Notes under the pieces: generated by a model
Seen by the model: only the letters and a program-made list of their open reading frames with translations
Told to the model about the DNA's origin: nothing
Databases searched by the model: none
Translations under genes and position numbers: made by a program
Shown: piece after piece, positions 27,918 through 41,124 of the stretch
Layout of the letters: each line of letters starts with the position of its first letter
How positions within the stretch are numbered: position 1 is the stretch's first letter
Assembly (NCBI GenBank): GCA_031553535.1
Contig: JAVBLM010000019.1
Location: 154,128-218,127 of the forward strand
Source of the DNA: Bacteroidales bacterium
GTDB lineage: Bacteria; Bacteroidota; Bacteroidia; Bacteroidales; WCHB1-69
DNA length: 64,000 nucleotides
Direction of reading: 5' to 3'

Positions 27918-28223
27918 TTATGCGTCCCCCTTACTCTTACCAATATTTATAGGAATACCCCTATTAGGATCAAAATCAGGAATAACACCGTGCATCGACT
28001 CAAATCTTTTAATATTTTCGTCTAATGCCATTAACAATCGTTTGGCATGCTGAGGTGTGAGAATAATCCGCGATTTTACATTCCCTTTTGGTACACCCGG
28101 CATTAAAGAGACAAAGTCAATAATAAACTCCGAATGAGAATGAGTAATTATTGCCAAATTAGAATAAGTACCTTCTGCTATTTCATCACTAAGAGAAATA
28201 TCTATTTTCTTTTCCTCTTCCAT
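27918..28223 (-). CDS. DUF3467 domain-containing protein
   Basis: 101 aa, EGTYSNLAIITHSHSEFIIDFVSLMPG...RIILTPQHAKRLLMAL. It lies 4 nt downstream of the rpoC stop. Confidence 0.7.
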   Translation of the reverse strand: MEEEKKIDISLSDEIAEGTYSNLAIITHSHSEFIIDFVSLMPGVPKGNVKSRIILTPQHAKRLLMALDENIKRFESMHGVIPDFDPNRGIPINIGKSKGDA

Positions 28224-28227
28224 ATTT

Positions 28228-31200
28228 TTACCTGTTATTTTTGAGTTTTGAGGCCATCAAGTTATTATATTCTTCCATTGAGCCCACTACAATATTTTCA
28301 AATGTACGCAATCCGGTTCCGCTAGGAATCAACTTTCCGACAATTACATTTTCTTTCAATCCTAACAACTTATCCATTTTGGCATTAACTGCTGCTTCTG
28401 TTAAAACTTTTGTTGTTTCCTGGAATGATGCTGCCGAAATAAAACTACGAGTTTGTAAAGAAGCTCTTGTTATTCCCTGCAATACTTGTTTACCCGTAGC
28501 AGGAGATGCATCTCTCACTTCCAATCCTTGTTTATCCTGACGCCTTAACAATGAATTCTCATCACGAACTTCGCGAGCAGTTACAATTTGACCTCTTTGA
28601 TATTTGATAGAATCTCCAACTTCCACAACTACCTTTTTGTCCCATATCATATCATTCTCTTCCTGGAAATCAATTTTATTGATTAGCTCTCCTTCCAAGA
28701 AACGAGTATCACCCGGATCTTCTATTTCAACCTTTCGCATCATTTGACGTACAATTACTTCAAAATGTTTATCGTTGATTTTTACTCCCTGTAAACGATA
28801 TACTTCTTGTATTTCATTTACAATATACTCCTGAACCTGCATAGGACCACGAATTGCCAAAATATCAGCAGGTGTTAACGCCCCTTCCGAAAGAGGAGTT
28901 CCGGCACGAACAAAGTCATTTTCCTGTGCTAAGATCTGCTTCGAAGTCGAGATAAGATACTTTTTCTCCTCACCTGTTTTTGAGGTAATAATAACTTCCC
29001 TGTTACCACGTTTCAGTTTCTTGCTAAATGACACAACACCATCAATTTCTGCAACTACTGCTGGATCAGACGGATTTCTGGCTTCGAATAATTCCGTTAC
29101 ACGAGGAAGTCCTCCGGTAATATCTCCGGTTTTCCCAAACGTTCTCGGTATCTTTACTAATATATCCCCCGCCGTTATCGTATCTCCATCATTTACTTCT
29201 AAACGAGAACCCACAGGAATATCGTACTCCTTAATAATTTCTCCCAGTTTATCCAGAATCTTGATAGATGGACTTTTTGTTTTTTGTCTACTTTCGATGA
29301 CTACTTTAGAAGTCATACCGGTTTGTTCATCGGTCTCTGTACGATAAGTAACTGCCTCTATAATATCCGCAAAATGTACTTTTCCTGCAACTTCTGATAT
29401 AATTAAAGCATTAAATGCTTCCCAATCAGCAATTAATTCGCCTTTTTCAACTTCATCTCCGGATTTTTTATATAGAAACGACCCATAAGGTATATTAGCT
29501 GTTGCCAAAGTAAGCCCTGTCATCTTATCAATAATATGCATTTCTGCCGAACGTCCAATAACCCGCTCGCATTGAAGTAATCCTCCATCCGATCTACTAT
29601 CTCTAGTAACCGGAACTGAACGCAACTCATCAATAGATAAAAGTCCCGAAGCTTTTGCTTTTACATTCGCTTGAACACTCAAGTTACCTGCAACCCCCCC
29701 AACGTGAAACGTACGAAGAGTAAGCTGTGTTCCCGGTTCTCCAATCGACTGAGCGGCAATAACACCAACGGCTTCCCCAATTTGTACCATTTTAGAGGTC
29801 GCTAAATTACGTCCATAACATCTTGCGCAAACTCCACGCTTAGATTCACAGGTAAGGATAGAACGAATTTCTAACTCCTCAATACCTGCATCTTCTACCT
29901 TGTGGCTTAGTTCTTCATTAAGTTCTTCGCCTGCCTTAACGAGAAGTTCATTGGTCTCAGGATGATAAACATCGTGCAATGTTGTTCTTCCTAAAATTCT
30001 ATCATATAATGATTCTACAATCTCATCATTCTTTTTCAATGCTGTAACGATCAAACCACGCAAAGTTCCGCAATCATCTTCCGAGATAATAACATCATGG
30101 GCAACGTCTACCAAACGACGAGTTAAATACCCTGCATCAGCTGTTTTTAATGCCGTATCTGCCAACCCCTTACGTGCACCGTGTGTTGAAATAAAGTATT
30201 CCAATACAGATAATCCTTCTTTAAAGTTGGAAAGAATCGGGTTTTCAATAATTTCACCCCCAACAGCTCCCGCTTTGGTTGGTTTTGCCATCAATCCACG
30301 CATACCTGATAACTGACGAATCTGTTCCTGAGAACCACGAGCCCCAGAATCCAACATCATATACACAGGATTAAAGCCTTGACGATCTTGAGACAATTTA
30401 TTCAATAGAATACGACTCAACTTCGCATTTGTATGCGTCCATATATCAATTACTTGATTATAACGCTCTGTTCCTGTTATTAAACCACCATGATAGTGCA
30501 TCAATACTTCATCTACTTGCTCATTGGCTTCCTTTATTAACTCGGTCTTTTCTTCTGGAATAATAACATCTCCCAAGTTAAAGGATAAACCACCTTCAAA
30601 TGCCATTTGGTATCCTAAATCTTTTATATCATCCAGGAATTTAGCAGTTTTAGCAGTACCTGCTTTTTTCAATATATCATTAATGATGTTACGTAATGAT
30701 TTTTTTGTTAGCAACTCATTGATATAACCATATTCTTCCGGCACTACTCTATTGAATAACACTCTACCAACAGTAGTGTCAATCAACTGCATTTTACCAT
30801 CACCATTAAGATTTACCTTACACTTAATAACAGCATTTGTATGAACTTTCTTTTCTGCATGCGCCATGATAACTTCTTCAGGAGAATAAAATACCATATT
30901 CTCTCCCTTTACTTTCATGTCATCGGTAGATTTTAACGGTTTCGTTATGTAATATAATCCAAGTACCATATCCTGCGAAGGAACCGTAACCGGAGCACCA
31001 TTTGCAGGATTTAAAATATTATGAGATGCAAGCATTAACATTTGTGCTTCTAAGATTGCAGCATTACCAAGTGGAACATGAACTGCCATTTGGTCTCCAT
31101 CAAAATCCGCATTAAAAGCAGTACAGGTCAAGGGATGTAAACGAATTGCCTTACCTTCAACAAGCTTCGGCTGAAAGGCCTGTATCCCTAAACGGTGCAA

Positions 31201-32523
31201 TGTAGGAGCACGGTTTAACAATACCGGATGGCCTTTTAGGATATTCTCTAAAATATCCCAAACAACCGGATCTTTTCTATCTACGATCTTTTTAGCAGAT
31301 TTTACTGTTTTCACAATACCTCTTTCGAGCATCTTACGAATAATAAATGGCTTAAATAATTCCGAAGCCATTTCCTTAGGAAGTCCGCATTCATTCAAAC
31401 GCAATTCCGGCCCTACTACAATTACCGAACGACCGGAATAATCCACACGTTTTCCTAATAAGTTTTGACGAAAACGTCCTTGTTTTCCTTTCAAACTATC
31501 GGATAAAGATTTTAATGGTCTTGACTCGGATTTGAATGCATTCGATTTTCTGGAATTATCAAACAATGAATCCACCGCTTCTTGTAACATACGTTTTTCA
31601 TTACGCATAATTACATCAGGAGCCTTTATTTCCATTAATCGTTTCAAACGATTATTACGAATAATCACTCTACGGTATAACTCATTCAAGTCTGAAGTTG
31701 CAAAACGACCACCATCCAAAGGAACCAATGGACGTAATTCCGGAGGAATAACCGGAACAACTTTTACAATCATCCATTCCGGTTGGTTTTCTATCCGTTT
31801 TTTACTATCTCTAAACGATTCAAATACATGTAAACGTTTTAATATATCTTGTTTACGTTGTTGCGATGTTTCATTATTTGCCCTATCTCTAAGCTCGTAT
31901 GATTCTTTATCAATATCTATTCGTGAAATAAGGTCTTGAACTGCTTCAGCCCCCATTTTCGCTATAAATTTATTAGGATCATTATCTTCTAATAAAGCAT
32001 TTTCTTTAGGTAGTTTATCCAATATTTCAAAATAATCTTCCTCTGAAAGAAGATCTAACTTCTTAATACCCAACTCTTCTGCTATCCCCTGTTGAATAAC
32101 TACAAATTTTTCGAAGTAAATTATGGATTCCAATGCTTTTGAAGGTAAGCCTACAAAAGCACCTAATCTATTCGGTAAGGATTTAAAAAACCAAATATGT
32201 GCTACCGGAATTACCAACTGTATATGGCCCATTCGTTCCCTACGTACTTTCCGCTCGGTCACTTCAACACCACAATGATCACAAATTACTCCTTTATAAC
32301 GAATACGTTTATATTTTCCACAATGACATTCCCAATCTTTTACTGGTCCAAAAATACGCTCACAAAACAGTCCGTCTCTTTCTGCTTTATAAGTACGATA
32401 ATTAATGGTTTCAGGCTTTGTCACTTCTCCTTTTGAACGCTCCAATATAGATTCTGGAGAAGCTAAACTTATAGTGATTTTTGTAAAATCTTTTCTTAAA
32501 TTATTATCTTTTCTGAAAGCCAT
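28228..32523 (-). CDS. rpoC: DNA-directed RNA polymerase subunit beta'
   Basis: 1431 aa with the N-terminal Zn finger CHCGKY...CDHCGV and the catalytic motif NADFDGDQM. Confidence 0.98.
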   Translation of the reverse strand: MAFRKDNNLRKDFTKITISLASPESILERSKGEVTKPETINYRTYKAERDGLFCERIFGPVKDWECHCGKYKRIRYKGVICDHCGVEVTERKVRRERMGHIQLVIPVAHIWFFKSLPNRLGAFVGLPSKALESIIYFEKFVVIQQGIAEELGIKKLDLLSEEDYFEILDKLPKENALLEDNDPNKFIAKMGAEAVQDLISRIDIDKESYELRDRANNETSQQRKQDILKRLHVFESFRDSKKRIENQPEWMIVKVVPVIPPELRPLVPLDGGRFATSDLNELYRRVIIRNNRLKRLMEIKAPDVIMRNEKRMLQEAVDSLFDNSRKSNAFKSESRPLKSLSDSLKGKQGRFRQNLLGKRVDYSGRSVIVVGPELRLNECGLPKEMASELFKPFIIRKMLERGIVKTVKSAKKIVDRKDPVVWDILENILKGHPVLLNRAPTLHRLGIQAFQPKLVEGKAIRLHPLTCTAFNADFDGDQMAVHVPLGNAAILEAQMLMLASHNILNPANGAPVTVPSQDMVLGLYYITKPLKSTDDMKVKGENMVFYSPEEVIMAHAEKKVHTNAVIKCKVNLNGDGKMQLIDTTVGRVLFNRVVPEEYGYINELLTKKSLRNIINDILKKAGTAKTAKFLDDIKDLGYQMAFEGGLSFNLGDVIIPEEKTELIKEANEQVDEVLMHYHGGLITGTERYNQVIDIWTHTNAKLSRILLNKLSQDRQGFNPVYMMLDSGARGSQEQIRQLSGMRGLMAKPTKAGAVGGEIIENPILSNFKEGLSVLEYFISTHGARKGLADTALKTADAGYLTRRLVDVAHDVIISEDDCGTLRGLIVTALKKNDEIVESLYDRILGRTTLHDVYHPETNELLVKAGEELNEELSHKVEDAGIEELEIRSILTCESKRGVCARCYGRNLATSKMVQIGEAVGVIAAQSIGEPGTQLTLRTFHVGGVAGNLSVQANVKAKASGLLSIDELRSVPVTRDSRSDGGLLQCERVIGRSAEMHIIDKMTGLTLATANIPYGSFLYKKSGDEVEKGELIADWEAFNALIISEVAGKVHFADIIEAVTYRTETDEQTGMTSKVVIESRQKTKSPSIKILDKLGEIIKEYDIPVGSRLEVNDGDTITAGDILVKIPRTFGKTGDITGGLPRVTELFEARNPSDPAVVAEIDGVVSFSKKLKRGNREVIITSKTGEEKKYLISTSKQILAQENDFVRAGTPLSEGALTPADILAIRGPMQVQEYIVNEIQEVYRLQGVKINDKHFEVIVRQMMRKVEIEDPGDTRFLEGELINKIDFQEENDMIWDKKVVVEVGDSIKYQRGQIVTAREVRDENSLLRRQDKQGLEVRDASPATGKQVLQGITRASLQTRSFISAASFQETTKVLTEAAVNAKMDKLLGLKENVIVGKLIPSGTGLRTFENIVVGSMEEYNNLMASKLKNNR

Positions 32524-32582
32524 GGTTTATTTATATGTATGTATATATTTCAAATATTAAATTTCTTATGAGTGCAATTAAT

Positions 32583-35500
32583 TTAGTCAAAAGTTACTTC
32601 CAATGCTAAACTACGTAACTCATTTACCAACACGTTAAATGATTCAGGTAATCCCGGAGGAGGCGGAACCTCTCCCTTAACTATCGCTTCGTATGTTTTT
32701 GCTCTACCCACAACATCATCTGATTTGACAGTTAGTATTTCCTGAAGAATATTTGCGGCTCCAAATGCCTCTAGAGCCCAAACTTCCATTTCTCCAAAAC
32801 GTTGTCCTCCAAATTGAGCTTTACCTCCTAATGGCTGTTGAGTAATCAATGAATACGGTCCTATAGAACGTGCATGCATCTTATCGTCAACCATATGGTG
32901 AAGTTTCAGCATATAAATATAACCAACAGTTACAGGCTGTTCAAAGCGCTCACCGGTTCCTCCATCATAAAGATAAACACTTCCATTTTCCGGCAAGCCA
33001 GCTTTTTTCAGATAAGTATTCACTTCTTCGATAGATGCACCATCAAAAATGGGAGTTCCAAAACTCAACCCTAACTCTTTACCTGCCCAACCTAAGATTG
33101 TTTCATAAATCTGTCCTATATTCATACGAGAAGGCACTCCTAACGGATTTAAAACAATATCAACAGGAGTTCCATTTTCCATAAACGGCATATCTTCTTC
33201 ACGAACAATCTTTGCGACAATCCCTTTATTACCGTGACGACCAGCCATTTTATCTCCAACTCTAAGCTTACGTTTATTTGCTAAATAAACCTTCGCCATT
33301 TGAACAATACCTGCCGGAAGCTCATCTCCAACTGTAATCGTAAATTTCTTACGTGTAGTAACAGCAACTAATTCACGTAATTTCTCATTGTAATTACGAA
33401 CAACTTGTTCTACCATAGAGTTAATTTTCTGATCCGTTGTCCAGCCGGAATGATTTACTATGCTATAATCAATAGTTGATAATGCTTTTTGCGAGAATTT
33501 AAGTCCACGTGGGATTAAAATGTTTTTAACATTATCGGCTACTCCATGAGAAAGTTTACCTTCTAGAATCTTATAAAGCTTTCCTACCAGTTTATTCTTT
33601 AATATATCTGCTTCCTTTTCAAAATGAAGCTCAACATCCTTAACCGTTTCCTTTTCTTTTATTTTACCTTTTCGGGTTTTAAGCATCCTTGAGAACAAAC
33701 GATTATCCAACACAACTCCTTCCGTTGAAGGTGGTGCTTTTAAAGAAGCATCTTTCACATCTCCTGCCTTATCTCCAAAAATCGCACGTAATAATTTCTC
33801 CTCTGGGGTAGGATAAGATTCACCTTTAGGAGTTATTTTTCCGATTAAGATATCCCCTTCTTTAACATGAGCTCCTATTCGAATCAATCCATTTTCATCC
33901 AAGTTTTTTGTAGCATCAGTACTAACATTAGGAATATCATTGGTTAATTCTTCTGCACCCCGTTTCGTATCACGAACTTCCAGCGTATACTCATCTACAT
34001 GAATAGAAGTAAACCAGTCTTCTTTAACAACCTTTTCGGATATTACGATTGCATCTTCAAAATTATATCCTTTCCAAGGCATGAAAGCTACTTTCAAATT
34101 ACGTCCTAACGCTAGTTCTCCTTTGCTGGTAGCATATCCTTCCGTAAGGATTTCTCCTTTTACAACACGTTGACCTTTGCGAACTATAGGATGAATATTT
34201 ATAGATGTACTTTGATTCGTCCTTTGGTACTTTGTAAGATAGTATGTTTTCAAATTCGAATCGAAACTAATCAATTCTTCTTTTTCTGAGCGATCGTATT
34301 TAATACGTATTTGAGCAGCATCTACATAGTCTACAATTCCATTTCCATCTGCATAAATTTGAGACCGGGAACTATGAGCTACCATTCCTTCTATGCCAGT
34401 ACCCACGATCGGAGCTTCCGGGCGCATTAATGGAACCGCTTGACGCATCATGTTTGATCCCATCAAAGCACGGTTTGCATCATCATGTTCCAAAAACGGA
34501 ATTAAAGAAGCTGCTATAGAAGCTATCTGATTTGGCGCCACATCTAATGCATCTACTTCTTCAGGACTTACGATTGGATAATCAGCTTCTTTTCTAGCCT
34601 TTATTCTATCAATCTCTAATTCGCCGGTTTTCGGATTAAATGGAGTTGTTGCCTGAGCAATGGTAAGATTTTCTTCTTCCTCTGCTCCCATATATAAAAA
34701 TGGTTCATCAACAGCCACTTTTCCACCCACTACCCTACGATAAGGAGTTTCTATAAATCCTAAATGATTAATTTTGGCATATACACATAATGATGATATC
34801 AATCCAATATTCGGACCTTCCGGAGTTTCAATCGTACATAAACGTCCGTAATGAGTATAGTGAACGTCCCTTACTTCAAAGCCTGCTCTATCTCTTGATA
34901 ACCCCCCTTGTCCTAAAGCAGAAATCCTTCGCTTATGAGTTACTTCCGCTAATGGATTTGTCTGATCCATAAATTGAGAAAGCTGATTGGTTCCAAAGAA
35001 AGAATTAATAACAGACGTTAATGTCTTTGCATTAATCAAATCAATTGGAGTGAAAAGTTCATTATCACGAACATTCATTCTATCACGAATAGTACGTGCC
35101 ATACGCATCAAACCAACACCAAACTGATTTGAAAGTTGTTCTCCTACTGTTCTTACTCTACGGTTACTCAAGTGATCAATATCATCAACCTCTGCTTTCG
35201 AGTTAATTAATTCAATTAAATGCTTAATGATTGAAATAATATCTTCCCGTGTAAGAACACGTATATCAGGAGAAGTATTTAAGTTCAATTTTTTATTAAT
35301 ACGATAACGACCTACTTCACCTAAGTCGTAACGTTTATCAGAGAAAAATAATTTATCCAACGCCAAGCGAGCAGTTTCCTCATCAGGAGGAGCTGCATTC
35401 CGCAATTGAAAATAAATATATTCAATGGCTTGTTTCTCTGAATTAGCAGGGTCTTTTTGTAATGTATTAAAGATCATGGAATAATCTACTGATGTATCTT

Positions 35501-36386
35501 CATCTTTATGAATCAGAATAGTCTTTATTCCATTATTTACAATCAAATTAATATGTTTATCTTCCAGTATTTCTTCGCGATCTATTAATATTTCAGTCCG
35601 AGGAATTGTCACTACTTCACCCGTTTCTTCATCTACAAAATCTTCATTCCATGTTCTAACAACCCTGGCTGCCAGTCTTGAACCTAATAATTTTTTCAGA
35701 TTTGTTTTTGTAGCCTTTACTTCATTAGCCATATCAAATATTTCCAGAATATCTTTATCTGTCTCATATCCAATAGCTCGAAGTAAAGTTGTTACAGGTA
35801 ATTTCTTTTTCCTGTCAATATATGCATACATAACATTGGAAATGTCCGTAGTAAATTCAATCCACGAACCTTTAAATGGTATAACCCTTGCAGAATATAA
35901 CTGAGTACCATTTGTATGATATGACGTTCCGAAAAACACTCCTGGAGAGCGATGTAACTGGGATACTACAACCCGTTCTGCACCATTAATAACAAATGTT
36001 CCTTTAGGTGTCATATAAGGAATCAATCCTAAATATACTTCTTGTATAATAGTTTCAAAATCCTCATGATCAACATCGGTGCAATATAGTCGTAGCTTTG
36101 CTTTTAAAGGAACACTATAAGTCAATCCTCTTTCTACACATTCTTCAATTGAATAACGAGGAGCATCGACAAAATAATCTAAAAATTCCAACACAAAGCT
36201 ATTACGCGTGTCGGAAATAGGGAAATTTTCTGTGAATACTTGATGCAATCCTTCTTTGCATCTTAGTTCAGGATTTGTATCCACACTAAAAAAATCTTTA
36301 AATGATTGCAATTGAATATCCAAAAAATCAGGATAATCTGTATGAGCCACAGAGGCAAAACTAATTCGTTCTGTATTATTAACCAA
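32583..36386 (-). CDS. rpoB: DNA-directed RNA polymerase subunit beta
   Basis: Unmistakable RpoB sequence. The track ORF starts at ATG 36452, but the first 22 residues ([22 protein letters not shown]) look non-native. A TTG at 36386 gives (M)[17 protein letters not shown], matching the usual Bacteroidia N-terminus, so the start is uncertain. Confidence 0.95.
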   Translation of the reverse strand: MVNNTERISFASVAHTDYPDFLDIQLQSFKDFFSVDTNPELRCKEGLHQVFTENFPISDTRNSFVLEFLDYFVDAPRYSIEECVERGLTYSVPLKAKLRLYCTDVDHEDFETIIQEVYLGLIPYMTPKGTFVINGAERVVVSQLHRSPGVFFGTSYHTNGTQLYSARVIPFKGSWIEFTTDISNVMYAYIDRKKKLPVTTLLRAIGYETDKDILEIFDMANEVKATKTNLKKLLGSRLAARVVRTWNEDFVDEETGEVVTIPRTEILIDREEILEDKHINLIVNNGIKTILIHKDEDTSVDYSMIFNTLQKDPANSEKQAIEYIYFQLRNAAPPDEETARLALDKLFFSDKRYDLGEVGRYRINKKLNLNTSPDIRVLTREDIISIIKHLIELINSKAEVDDIDHLSNRRVRTVGEQLSNQFGVGLMRMARTIRDRMNVRDNELFTPIDLINAKTLTSVINSFFGTNQLSQFMDQTNPLAEVTHKRRISALGQGGLSRDRAGFEVRDVHYTHYGRLCTIETPEGPNIGLISSLCVYAKINHLGFIETPYRRVVGGKVAVDEPFLYMGAEEEENLTIAQATTPFNPKTGELEIDRIKARKEADYPIVSPEEVDALDVAPNQIASIAASLIPFLEHDDANRALMGSNMMRQAVPLMRPEAPIVGTGIEGMVAHSSRSQIYADGNGIVDYVDAAQIRIKYDRSEKEELISFDSNLKTYYLTKYQRTNQSTSINIHPIVRKGQRVVKGEILTEGYATSKGELALGRNLKVAFMPWKGYNFEDAIVISEKVVKEDWFTSIHVDEYTLEVRDTKRGAEELTNDIPNVSTDATKNLDENGLIRIGAHVKEGDILIGKITPKGESYPTPEEKLLRAIFGDKAGDVKDASLKAPPSTEGVVLDNRLFSRMLKTRKGKIKEKETVKDVELHFEKEADILKNKLVGKLYKILEGKLSHGVADNVKNILIPRGLKFSQKALSTIDYSIVNHSGWTTDQKINSMVEQVVRNYNEKLRELVAVTTRKKFTITVGDELPAGIVQMAKVYLANKRKLRVGDKMAGRHGNKGIVAKIVREEDMPFMENGTPVDIVLNPLGVPSRMNIGQIYETILGWAGKELGLSFGTPIFDGASIEEVNTYLKKAGLPENGSVYLYDGGTGERFEQPVTVGYIYMLKLHHMVDDKMHARSIGPYSLITQQPLGGKAQFGGQRFGEMEVWALEAFGAANILQEILTVKSDDVVGRAKTYEAIVKGEVPPPPGLPESFNVLVNELRSLALEVTFD

Positions 36387-36497
36387 AGCTTTAGTTTTAA
36401 AATGTTTACGAATAAGAAAATTAAAGAACGTTGTTTTATTATTAAAACACATATAAGACCTTCCTTACAAAGGTCTTATATGTAAAAATCTACTTAA

Positions 36498-36872
36498 TTA
36501 TTTAATTTCAACGCTAGCACCAACTTCTTCTAATGATTTTTTAAGAGCTTCTGCTTCGTCTTTAGTTACACCTTCTTTTAACGGTTTGGGAGCAGCATCA
36601 ACTAATTCTTTTGCTTCTTTCAAACCAAGGCTGGTTAGTTCTTTTACTAACTTCACAACTGCTAATTTTTGGGCACCTGCTTCTTTTAAAATAACGTCGA
36701 AAGATGTTTTTTCTTCGGCTGCATCAGCTGCTGCTGCCGGAGCTGCTGCTACTGCAACTGCTGCTGCTGCTGGTTCAATACCGTATTCGTCTTTCAATAT
36801 TTGAGCTAATTCATTAACTTCTTTAACTGTTAAGTTAACTAATTGTTCTGCAAATGATTTCAAATCTGCCAT
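36498..36872 (-). CDS. rplL: 50S ribosomal protein L7/L12
   Basis: 124 aa with an Ala-rich hinge and the C-terminal domain [19 protein letters not shown]. Confidence 0.97.
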   Translation of the reverse strand: MADLKSFAEQLVNLTVKEVNELAQILKDEYGIEPAAAAVAVAAAPAAAADAAEEKTSFDVILKEAGAQKLAVVKLVKELTSLGLKEAKELVDAAPKPLKEGVTKDEAEALKKSLEEVGASVEIK

Positions 36873-36910
36873 TTTTATTTTAATTTAAATTGTTTTTTTA
36901 CTTTGTTTAA

Positions 36911-37426
36911 TTAATTTCTTTCCGAAAGTGTTTTCACGATACCCGATAGTTTTGTTCCACCAGATTGCAATGCAGAAATAACATTACGTGCAGGTGATTG
37001 TAACAATCCAATAAGGTCACCAAGAAGTTCTTCTTTCGATTTGATTCCGCATAAAAAGTCTAACTGATCTCCAAAATATACACATTCTTCAATGTATGCT
37101 ACTTTTACAGCCGGAATTGAAGCCTTTTCACGAAAATCTTTAATAATGCGAGCAGGAAGATTACCTGCATCTGCAACCATTATTGCTGACGTCCCGTGTA
37201 AAGCCGGATACATTTCTGAATAGTCTGTTTCTGACTGTTCCATTGCTCTTTTCAGAAAGGTATTTTTTACCATTTTAAGCTTTACCCCTCTTTTAAAGCA
37301 AATTCTTCTTAATTCATTGCTCTTAGCAACAGTCAAACCAGATATATCAGCCACATAAACCGTATTATATGCAGAAAGGATGTCAACTATCTCATCAATA
37401 ACTTGAGCTTTATCTTCTTTTCTCAT
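36911..37426 (-). CDS. rplJ: 50S ribosomal protein L10
   Basis: 171 aa in the conserved position between rplA and rplL, with an L10-type sequence. Confidence 0.93.
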   Translation of the reverse strand: MRKEDKAQVIDEIVDILSAYNTVYVADISGLTVAKSNELRRICFKRGVKLKMVKNTFLKRAMEQSETDYSEMYPALHGTSAIMVADAGNLPARIIKDFREKASIPAVKVAYIEECVYFGDQLDFLCGIKSKEELLGDLIGLLQSPARNVISALQSGGTKLSGIVKTLSERN

Positions 37427-37440
37427 GATACTTTTTTAAA

Positions 37441-38136
37441 TTATAATGTAACTGATTTAGTATCTACCTGAACTCCAGGACTCATTGTACTGGACAAGTA
37501 AACACTCTTAATGTAAGTACCTTTCGCTGCTGTAGGTTTCAATTTTATAATTGTCTGCAATACTTCTCTCGCATTATCCAAGATAGCATCATTCGAAAAT
37601 GATACTTTCGCTACAGAGGTATGTATAATCCCATATTTGTCAACTTTAAAATCAATTTTACCTGCTTTAACTTCTTGTACAGCTTTTCCAACTTCCATTG
37701 TAACGGTTCCAGTTTTAGGGTTAGGCATCAATCCTCTCGGACCTAATATTTTACCTAATGCCCCAATTTTTGGCATTACACTTGGCATGGTGATAATCAC
37801 ATCAACATCTGTCCATCCATTCTTTATTTGTTGAATGTAATCGTCTAATCCAACATGTTCGGCTCCCGCTGCTCTTGCTTCTTCTTCTTTATCAGGAGTT
37901 ACCAATGCTAATACACGCACTGTTTTTCCTGTTCCATGCGGTAATGTTACAACACCCCTTACCATTTGATTGGCTTTACGAGGATCAACGCCCAAACGAA
38001 CGTCAATATCCACAGAAGCATCAAATTTCGTATAGGTAATGTTTTTAACAATCTGAATTGCATCAGACAAAGCATAAACCTGAGTCAAATCATGTTTTGC
38101 TTCTACCTCTTTGCGTTTCTTTGATATTTTTGCCAT
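37441..38136 (-). CDS. rplA: 50S ribosomal protein L1
   Basis: 231 aa with [12 protein letters not shown] and [15 protein letters not shown]. Confidence 0.96.
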   Translation of the reverse strand: MAKISKKRKEVEAKHDLTQVYALSDAIQIVKNITYTKFDASVDIDVRLGVDPRKANQMVRGVVTLPHGTGKTVRVLALVTPDKEEEARAAGAEHVGLDDYIQQIKNGWTDVDVIITMPSVMPKIGALGKILGPRGLMPNPKTGTVTMEVGKAVQEVKAGKIDFKVDKYGIIHTSVAKVSFSNDAILDNAREVLQTIIKLKPTAAKGTYIKSVYLSSTMSPGVQVDTKSVTL

Positions 38137-38159
38137 TTTTACTTTTCTTTAAACGATTT

Positions 38160-38606
38160 TTAGTTTTCAAATGGATTGGTGCCGCCTTTTACATTGACTC
38201 CCATACTACGTGCCGTTCCAGCCACCATACTCATTGCCGATTCCACAGTAAAACAGTTCAAATCCGCCATTTTGCTTTCTGCAATTGTACGAACCTGATC
38301 CCATGTAATGGTAGCAATTTTGTTACGGTTTGGCTCCGGCGACCCTTTTTGGAGTTTTGCAACCTCCATTACTTGAACAGCAACAGGAGGAGTCTTAACA
38401 ATAAAATCAAATGATTTATCTTTATAAACAGTAATAATTACCGGTATCACTTTCCCTGCTTGGTCCTGTGTACGGGCGTTAAACTGTTTACAAAACTCCA
38501 TAATGTTTACTCCCTTTGATCCTAATGCCGGCCCTACGGGAGGAGATGGGTTCGCAGCACCTCCTTTAATTTGTAATTTAATGAGTCCTGCTACTTCTTT
38601 TGCCAT
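38160..38606 (-). CDS. rplK: 50S ribosomal protein L11
   Basis: 148 aa with [20 protein letters not shown]. Confidence 0.96.
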   Translation of the reverse strand: MAKEVAGLIKLQIKGGAANPSPPVGPALGSKGVNIMEFCKQFNARTQDQAGKVIPVIITVYKDKSFDFIVKTPPVAVQVMEVAKLQKGSPEPNRNKIATITWDQVRTIAESKMADLNCFTVESAMSMVAGTARSMGVNVKGGTNPFEN

Positions 38607-38656
38607 TTTTTAACTTTTTAATTTTAAACTTCAACTAATTTGCCTTCCAACAATTT

Positions 38657-39205
38657 TTAAGATTCCTTGACTACCTGTGAGAAATTTAATTCTAAAGGAG
38701 TCTTTCTGCCAAAAATCTTCACCGTAACTTTCAGCTTTTTCTTTTCATGGTTTATTTCTTCAATAATCCCAGTAAAACTGTTAAAAGGACCATCAGTAAC
38801 AATTATCGATTCTCCTACCATAAACGAACCTACCACTTCTTCTTCATTCTCGATCAATTCATCTACTTTTCCTAATAAACGCATCACTTCATGTTGACGT
38901 AACGGTTCCGGTTCTGCATTACCAAGAAAACCCAACACACCCGGAGTATGACGAAGCAAATGTTTTACTTCACCTTGAGAAAGGTCAGCTTCTACAAAAA
39001 CGTATCCCGGATAGAAATTCTTTTCTTTTGTTACCTTCTTTCCGTTTCTGATTTGAAAAACCTTCTCGATAGGAATTAGTACTTGTGAAACATATTCTTG
39101 AAATCCAAGACTCACAACTTCACTTTCAATGTGTAGTTTTATCTTTTTTTCCTGACCTGTAATGGCTCGTAACACATACCACTGCAAATTGCTTGTCTCA
39201 CTCAT
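38657..39205 (-). CDS. nusG: transcription termination/antitermination factor NusG
   Basis: 182 aa with an NGN domain (WYVLRAITGQEKK) and a C-terminal KOW (GESIIVTDGPFNSFTGIIEEI). Confidence 0.95.
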   Translation of the reverse strand: MSETSNLQWYVLRAITGQEKKIKLHIESEVVSLGFQEYVSQVLIPIEKVFQIRNGKKVTKEKNFYPGYVFVEADLSQGEVKHLLRHTPGVLGFLGNAEPEPLRQHEVMRLLGKVDELIENEEEVVGSFMVGESIIVTDGPFNSFTGIIEEINHEKKKLKVTVKIFGRKTPLELNFSQVVKES

Positions 39206-39317
39206 ACTATCGAATCAAAATATTACCAATCATTATAAAAACAAACCTCACCTTATTAAGTATGATTACTTAAGGAAGCAAGACGAGATTTTCAATTTCT
39301 TAAAATATAAATATAGA

Positions 39318-39542
39318 TTATGCACCGTACAAAAACCCTAATAATCCTTTCCAAACAAAGGATCCAAATTGGATATGTTGAATACCAAAAATGAAATCCA
39401 TTACGAAAACAATTAATGCAATAACTAATGATGCTATAGAAACAACAACAGCACTATTTTGCAATTCCGCCCATGTTGGCCATGTTACTTTATGCACCAA
39501 TTCATCATAGGACTCCCGTACGTATCTTACTATTTTCTTCAT
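39318..39542 (-). CDS. secE: preprotein translocase subunit SecE
   Basis: 74 aa with SYDELVHKVTWPTWAELQNS followed by a single TM helix, in conserved synteny between tRNA-Trp and nusG. Confidence 0.88.
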   Translation of the reverse strand: MKKIVRYVRESYDELVHKVTWPTWAELQNSAVVVSIASLVIALIVFVMDFIFGIQHIQFGSFVWKGLLGFLYGA

Positions 39543-39558
39543 TGTGTACTATATTTCG

Positions 39559-39629
39559 CAGGAGCAGAGAGATTCGAACTCCCATCAATGGTTTTGGAGA
39601 CCACTATTCTGCCGTTGAACTATGCTCCT
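39559..39629 (-). tRNA. tRNA-Trp (anticodon CCA)
   Basis: The minus strand reads AGGAGCA-TA-GTTC..GAAT-A-GTGGT-CTCCAAA-ACCAT-TGAT-GGGAG-TTCGAAT-CTCTC-TGCTCCT-G (71 nt). No CCA is encoded. Confidence 0.9.
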
Positions 39630-39654
39630 AAAAGGGAAGCAATAAATGCTTCCC
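39630..39654 (-). terminator. hairpin between tuf and tRNA-Trp (terminator/processing hairpin)
   Basis: The minus strand reads GGGAAGCA-TTTAT-TGCTTCCC followed by TTTT, which abuts the tRNA-Trp 5' end. Confidence 0.5.
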
Positions 39655-39678
39655 TCCAATTATAAAAACAATTTTGTA

Positions 39679-40866
39679 TTAATCCAAAATTTCTGTCACC
39701 TGACCGGCTCCTACGGTTCTTCCTCCTTCACGGATTGCAAAACGTAAGTTAAGGTTCAAGGCGATTTCCGATATTAATGTAACGTCTATTGTTAAGTTAT
39801 CGCCAGGCATAACCATTTCTACTCCTGCAGGTAATGTAATTTCACCTGTTACGTCAGTGGTTCTGAAATAGAACTGTGGACGATATTTGTTATGAAATGG
39901 GGTATGACGACCACCTTCTTCTTTCTTTAAGATATAAACTTCCGCTTTGAAATGTTTATGAGGTTTAATTGAACCTGGTTTTGCGATAACCATTCCACGA
40001 CGAATTTCATCTTTGTCTATACCGCGAAGTAATAAACCGGCGTTGTCACCAGCTTCACCTTCGTCTAATATTTTGCGGAACATTTCAACTCCCGTAACAA
40101 CAGATTTCAATTTCTCTGCTCCCATACCAATAATATCAACAGGGTCTCCTGTATGTATGATACCGGTTTCGATTCTACCTGTAGCAACAGTACCACGGCC
40201 TGTGATAGAGAAAACGTCTTCTATCGGCATTAAGAAATCTTTATCTTTCAAACGAGGAGGAAGTTGAATGTAAGTATCTACATTATCCATCAATTCAACG
40301 ATTTTTTCCACCCACTTTTCGTCATCGTTCAATCCGCCTAAAGCAGAACCGCGAATAACAGGTGCATTATCACCGTCATATCCATAGAAAGACAATAAAT
40401 CACGAATTTCCATTTCAACGAGATCTAACAATTCTTCATCGTCAACCATGTCACATTTGTTCATAAATACGACCAAACGAGGAATCCCTACCTGACGACC
40501 TAAAAGGATATGCTCACGCGTTTGTGGCATAGGGCCATCTGTAGCAGCAACTACCAAAATAGCTCCATCCATCTGAGCCGCACCCGTTACCATGTTTTTA
40601 ATATAGTCAGCGTGACCCGGACAGTCAACGTGAGCATAGTGACGGTTTAGCGTTTGGTATTCAACATGAGATGTATTAATAGTAATACCACGTTCTTTTT
40701 CTTCCGGAGCATTATCAATAGAGTCAAAACTTCTGAACTCTGACCAGCCTTTCTTTGCAAGCACTTGGGTAATTGCCGCAGTCAAAGTAGTTTTACCGTG
40801 GTCAATATGACCGATAGTTCCAATGTTTACGTGAGATTTGGACCTGTCAAATTTTTCTTTTGCCAT
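39679..40866 (-). CDS. tuf: elongation factor Tu
   Basis: 395 aa with [14 protein letters not shown] and NKCD, collinear with Bacteroides EF-Tu. Confidence 0.98.
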   Translation of the reverse strand: MAKEKFDRSKSHVNIGTIGHIDHGKTTLTAAITQVLAKKGWSEFRSFDSIDNAPEEKERGITINTSHVEYQTLNRHYAHVDCPGHADYIKNMVTGAAQMDGAILVVAATDGPMPQTREHILLGRQVGIPRLVVFMNKCDMVDDEELLDLVEMEIRDLLSFYGYDGDNAPVIRGSALGGLNDDEKWVEKIVELMDNVDTYIQLPPRLKDKDFLMPIEDVFSITGRGTVATGRIETGIIHTGDPVDIIGMGAEKLKSVVTGVEMFRKILDEGEAGDNAGLLLRGIDKDEIRRGMVIAKPGSIKPHKHFKAEVYILKKEEGGRHTPFHNKYRPQFYFRTTDVTGEITLPAGVEMVMPGDNLTIDVTLISEIALNLNLRFAIREGGRTVGAGQVTEILD

Positions 40867-40915
40867 TTCTTTAAACTTTTAAGGATATTTGTTATAGATT
40901 TAAATGCGAAACTAG

Positions 40916-40987
40916 AGCCATTGACGAGAGTTGAACTCGTGACCTCTTCCTTACCAAGGAAGCGCTCTACCACTGAGCTACAACGGC
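40916..40987 (-). tRNA. tRNA-Thr (anticodon GGT)
   Basis: The minus strand reads GCCGTTG-TA-GCTC-AGTGGTA-GAGC-G-CTTCC-TTGGTAA-GGAAG-AGGTC-ACGAG-TTCAACT-CTCGT-CAATGGC-T (72 nt). Confidence 0.9.
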
Positions 40988-40995
40988 TTCTATCG

Positions 40996-41068
40996 AGCGG
41001 AAGACGGGGCTCGAACCCGCCACCTATAGCTTGGAAGGCTATCGCTCTACCAAATGAGCTACTTCCGC
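40996..41068 (-). tRNA. tRNA-Gly (anticodon TCC)
   Basis: The minus strand reads GCGGAAG-TA-GCTC-ATTTGGTA-GAGC-G-ATAGC-CTTCCAA-GCTAT-AGGTG-GCGGG-TTCGAGC-CCCGT-CTTCCGC-T (73 nt). Confidence 0.9.
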
Positions 41069-41124
41069 AAAAACAAAGACAGACAATATAGATACACTTA
41101 TTGCCGTTCTTCATTCAATACTCG

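Noticed and set aside
28241-40267. Numerous 60-135 aa ORFs antisense or out of frame inside rpoC, rpoB, rplL, rplA, nusG and tuf
   Set aside because: They are embedded in highly conserved genes on the opposite strand or in an alternate frame, and are typical shadow ORFs.
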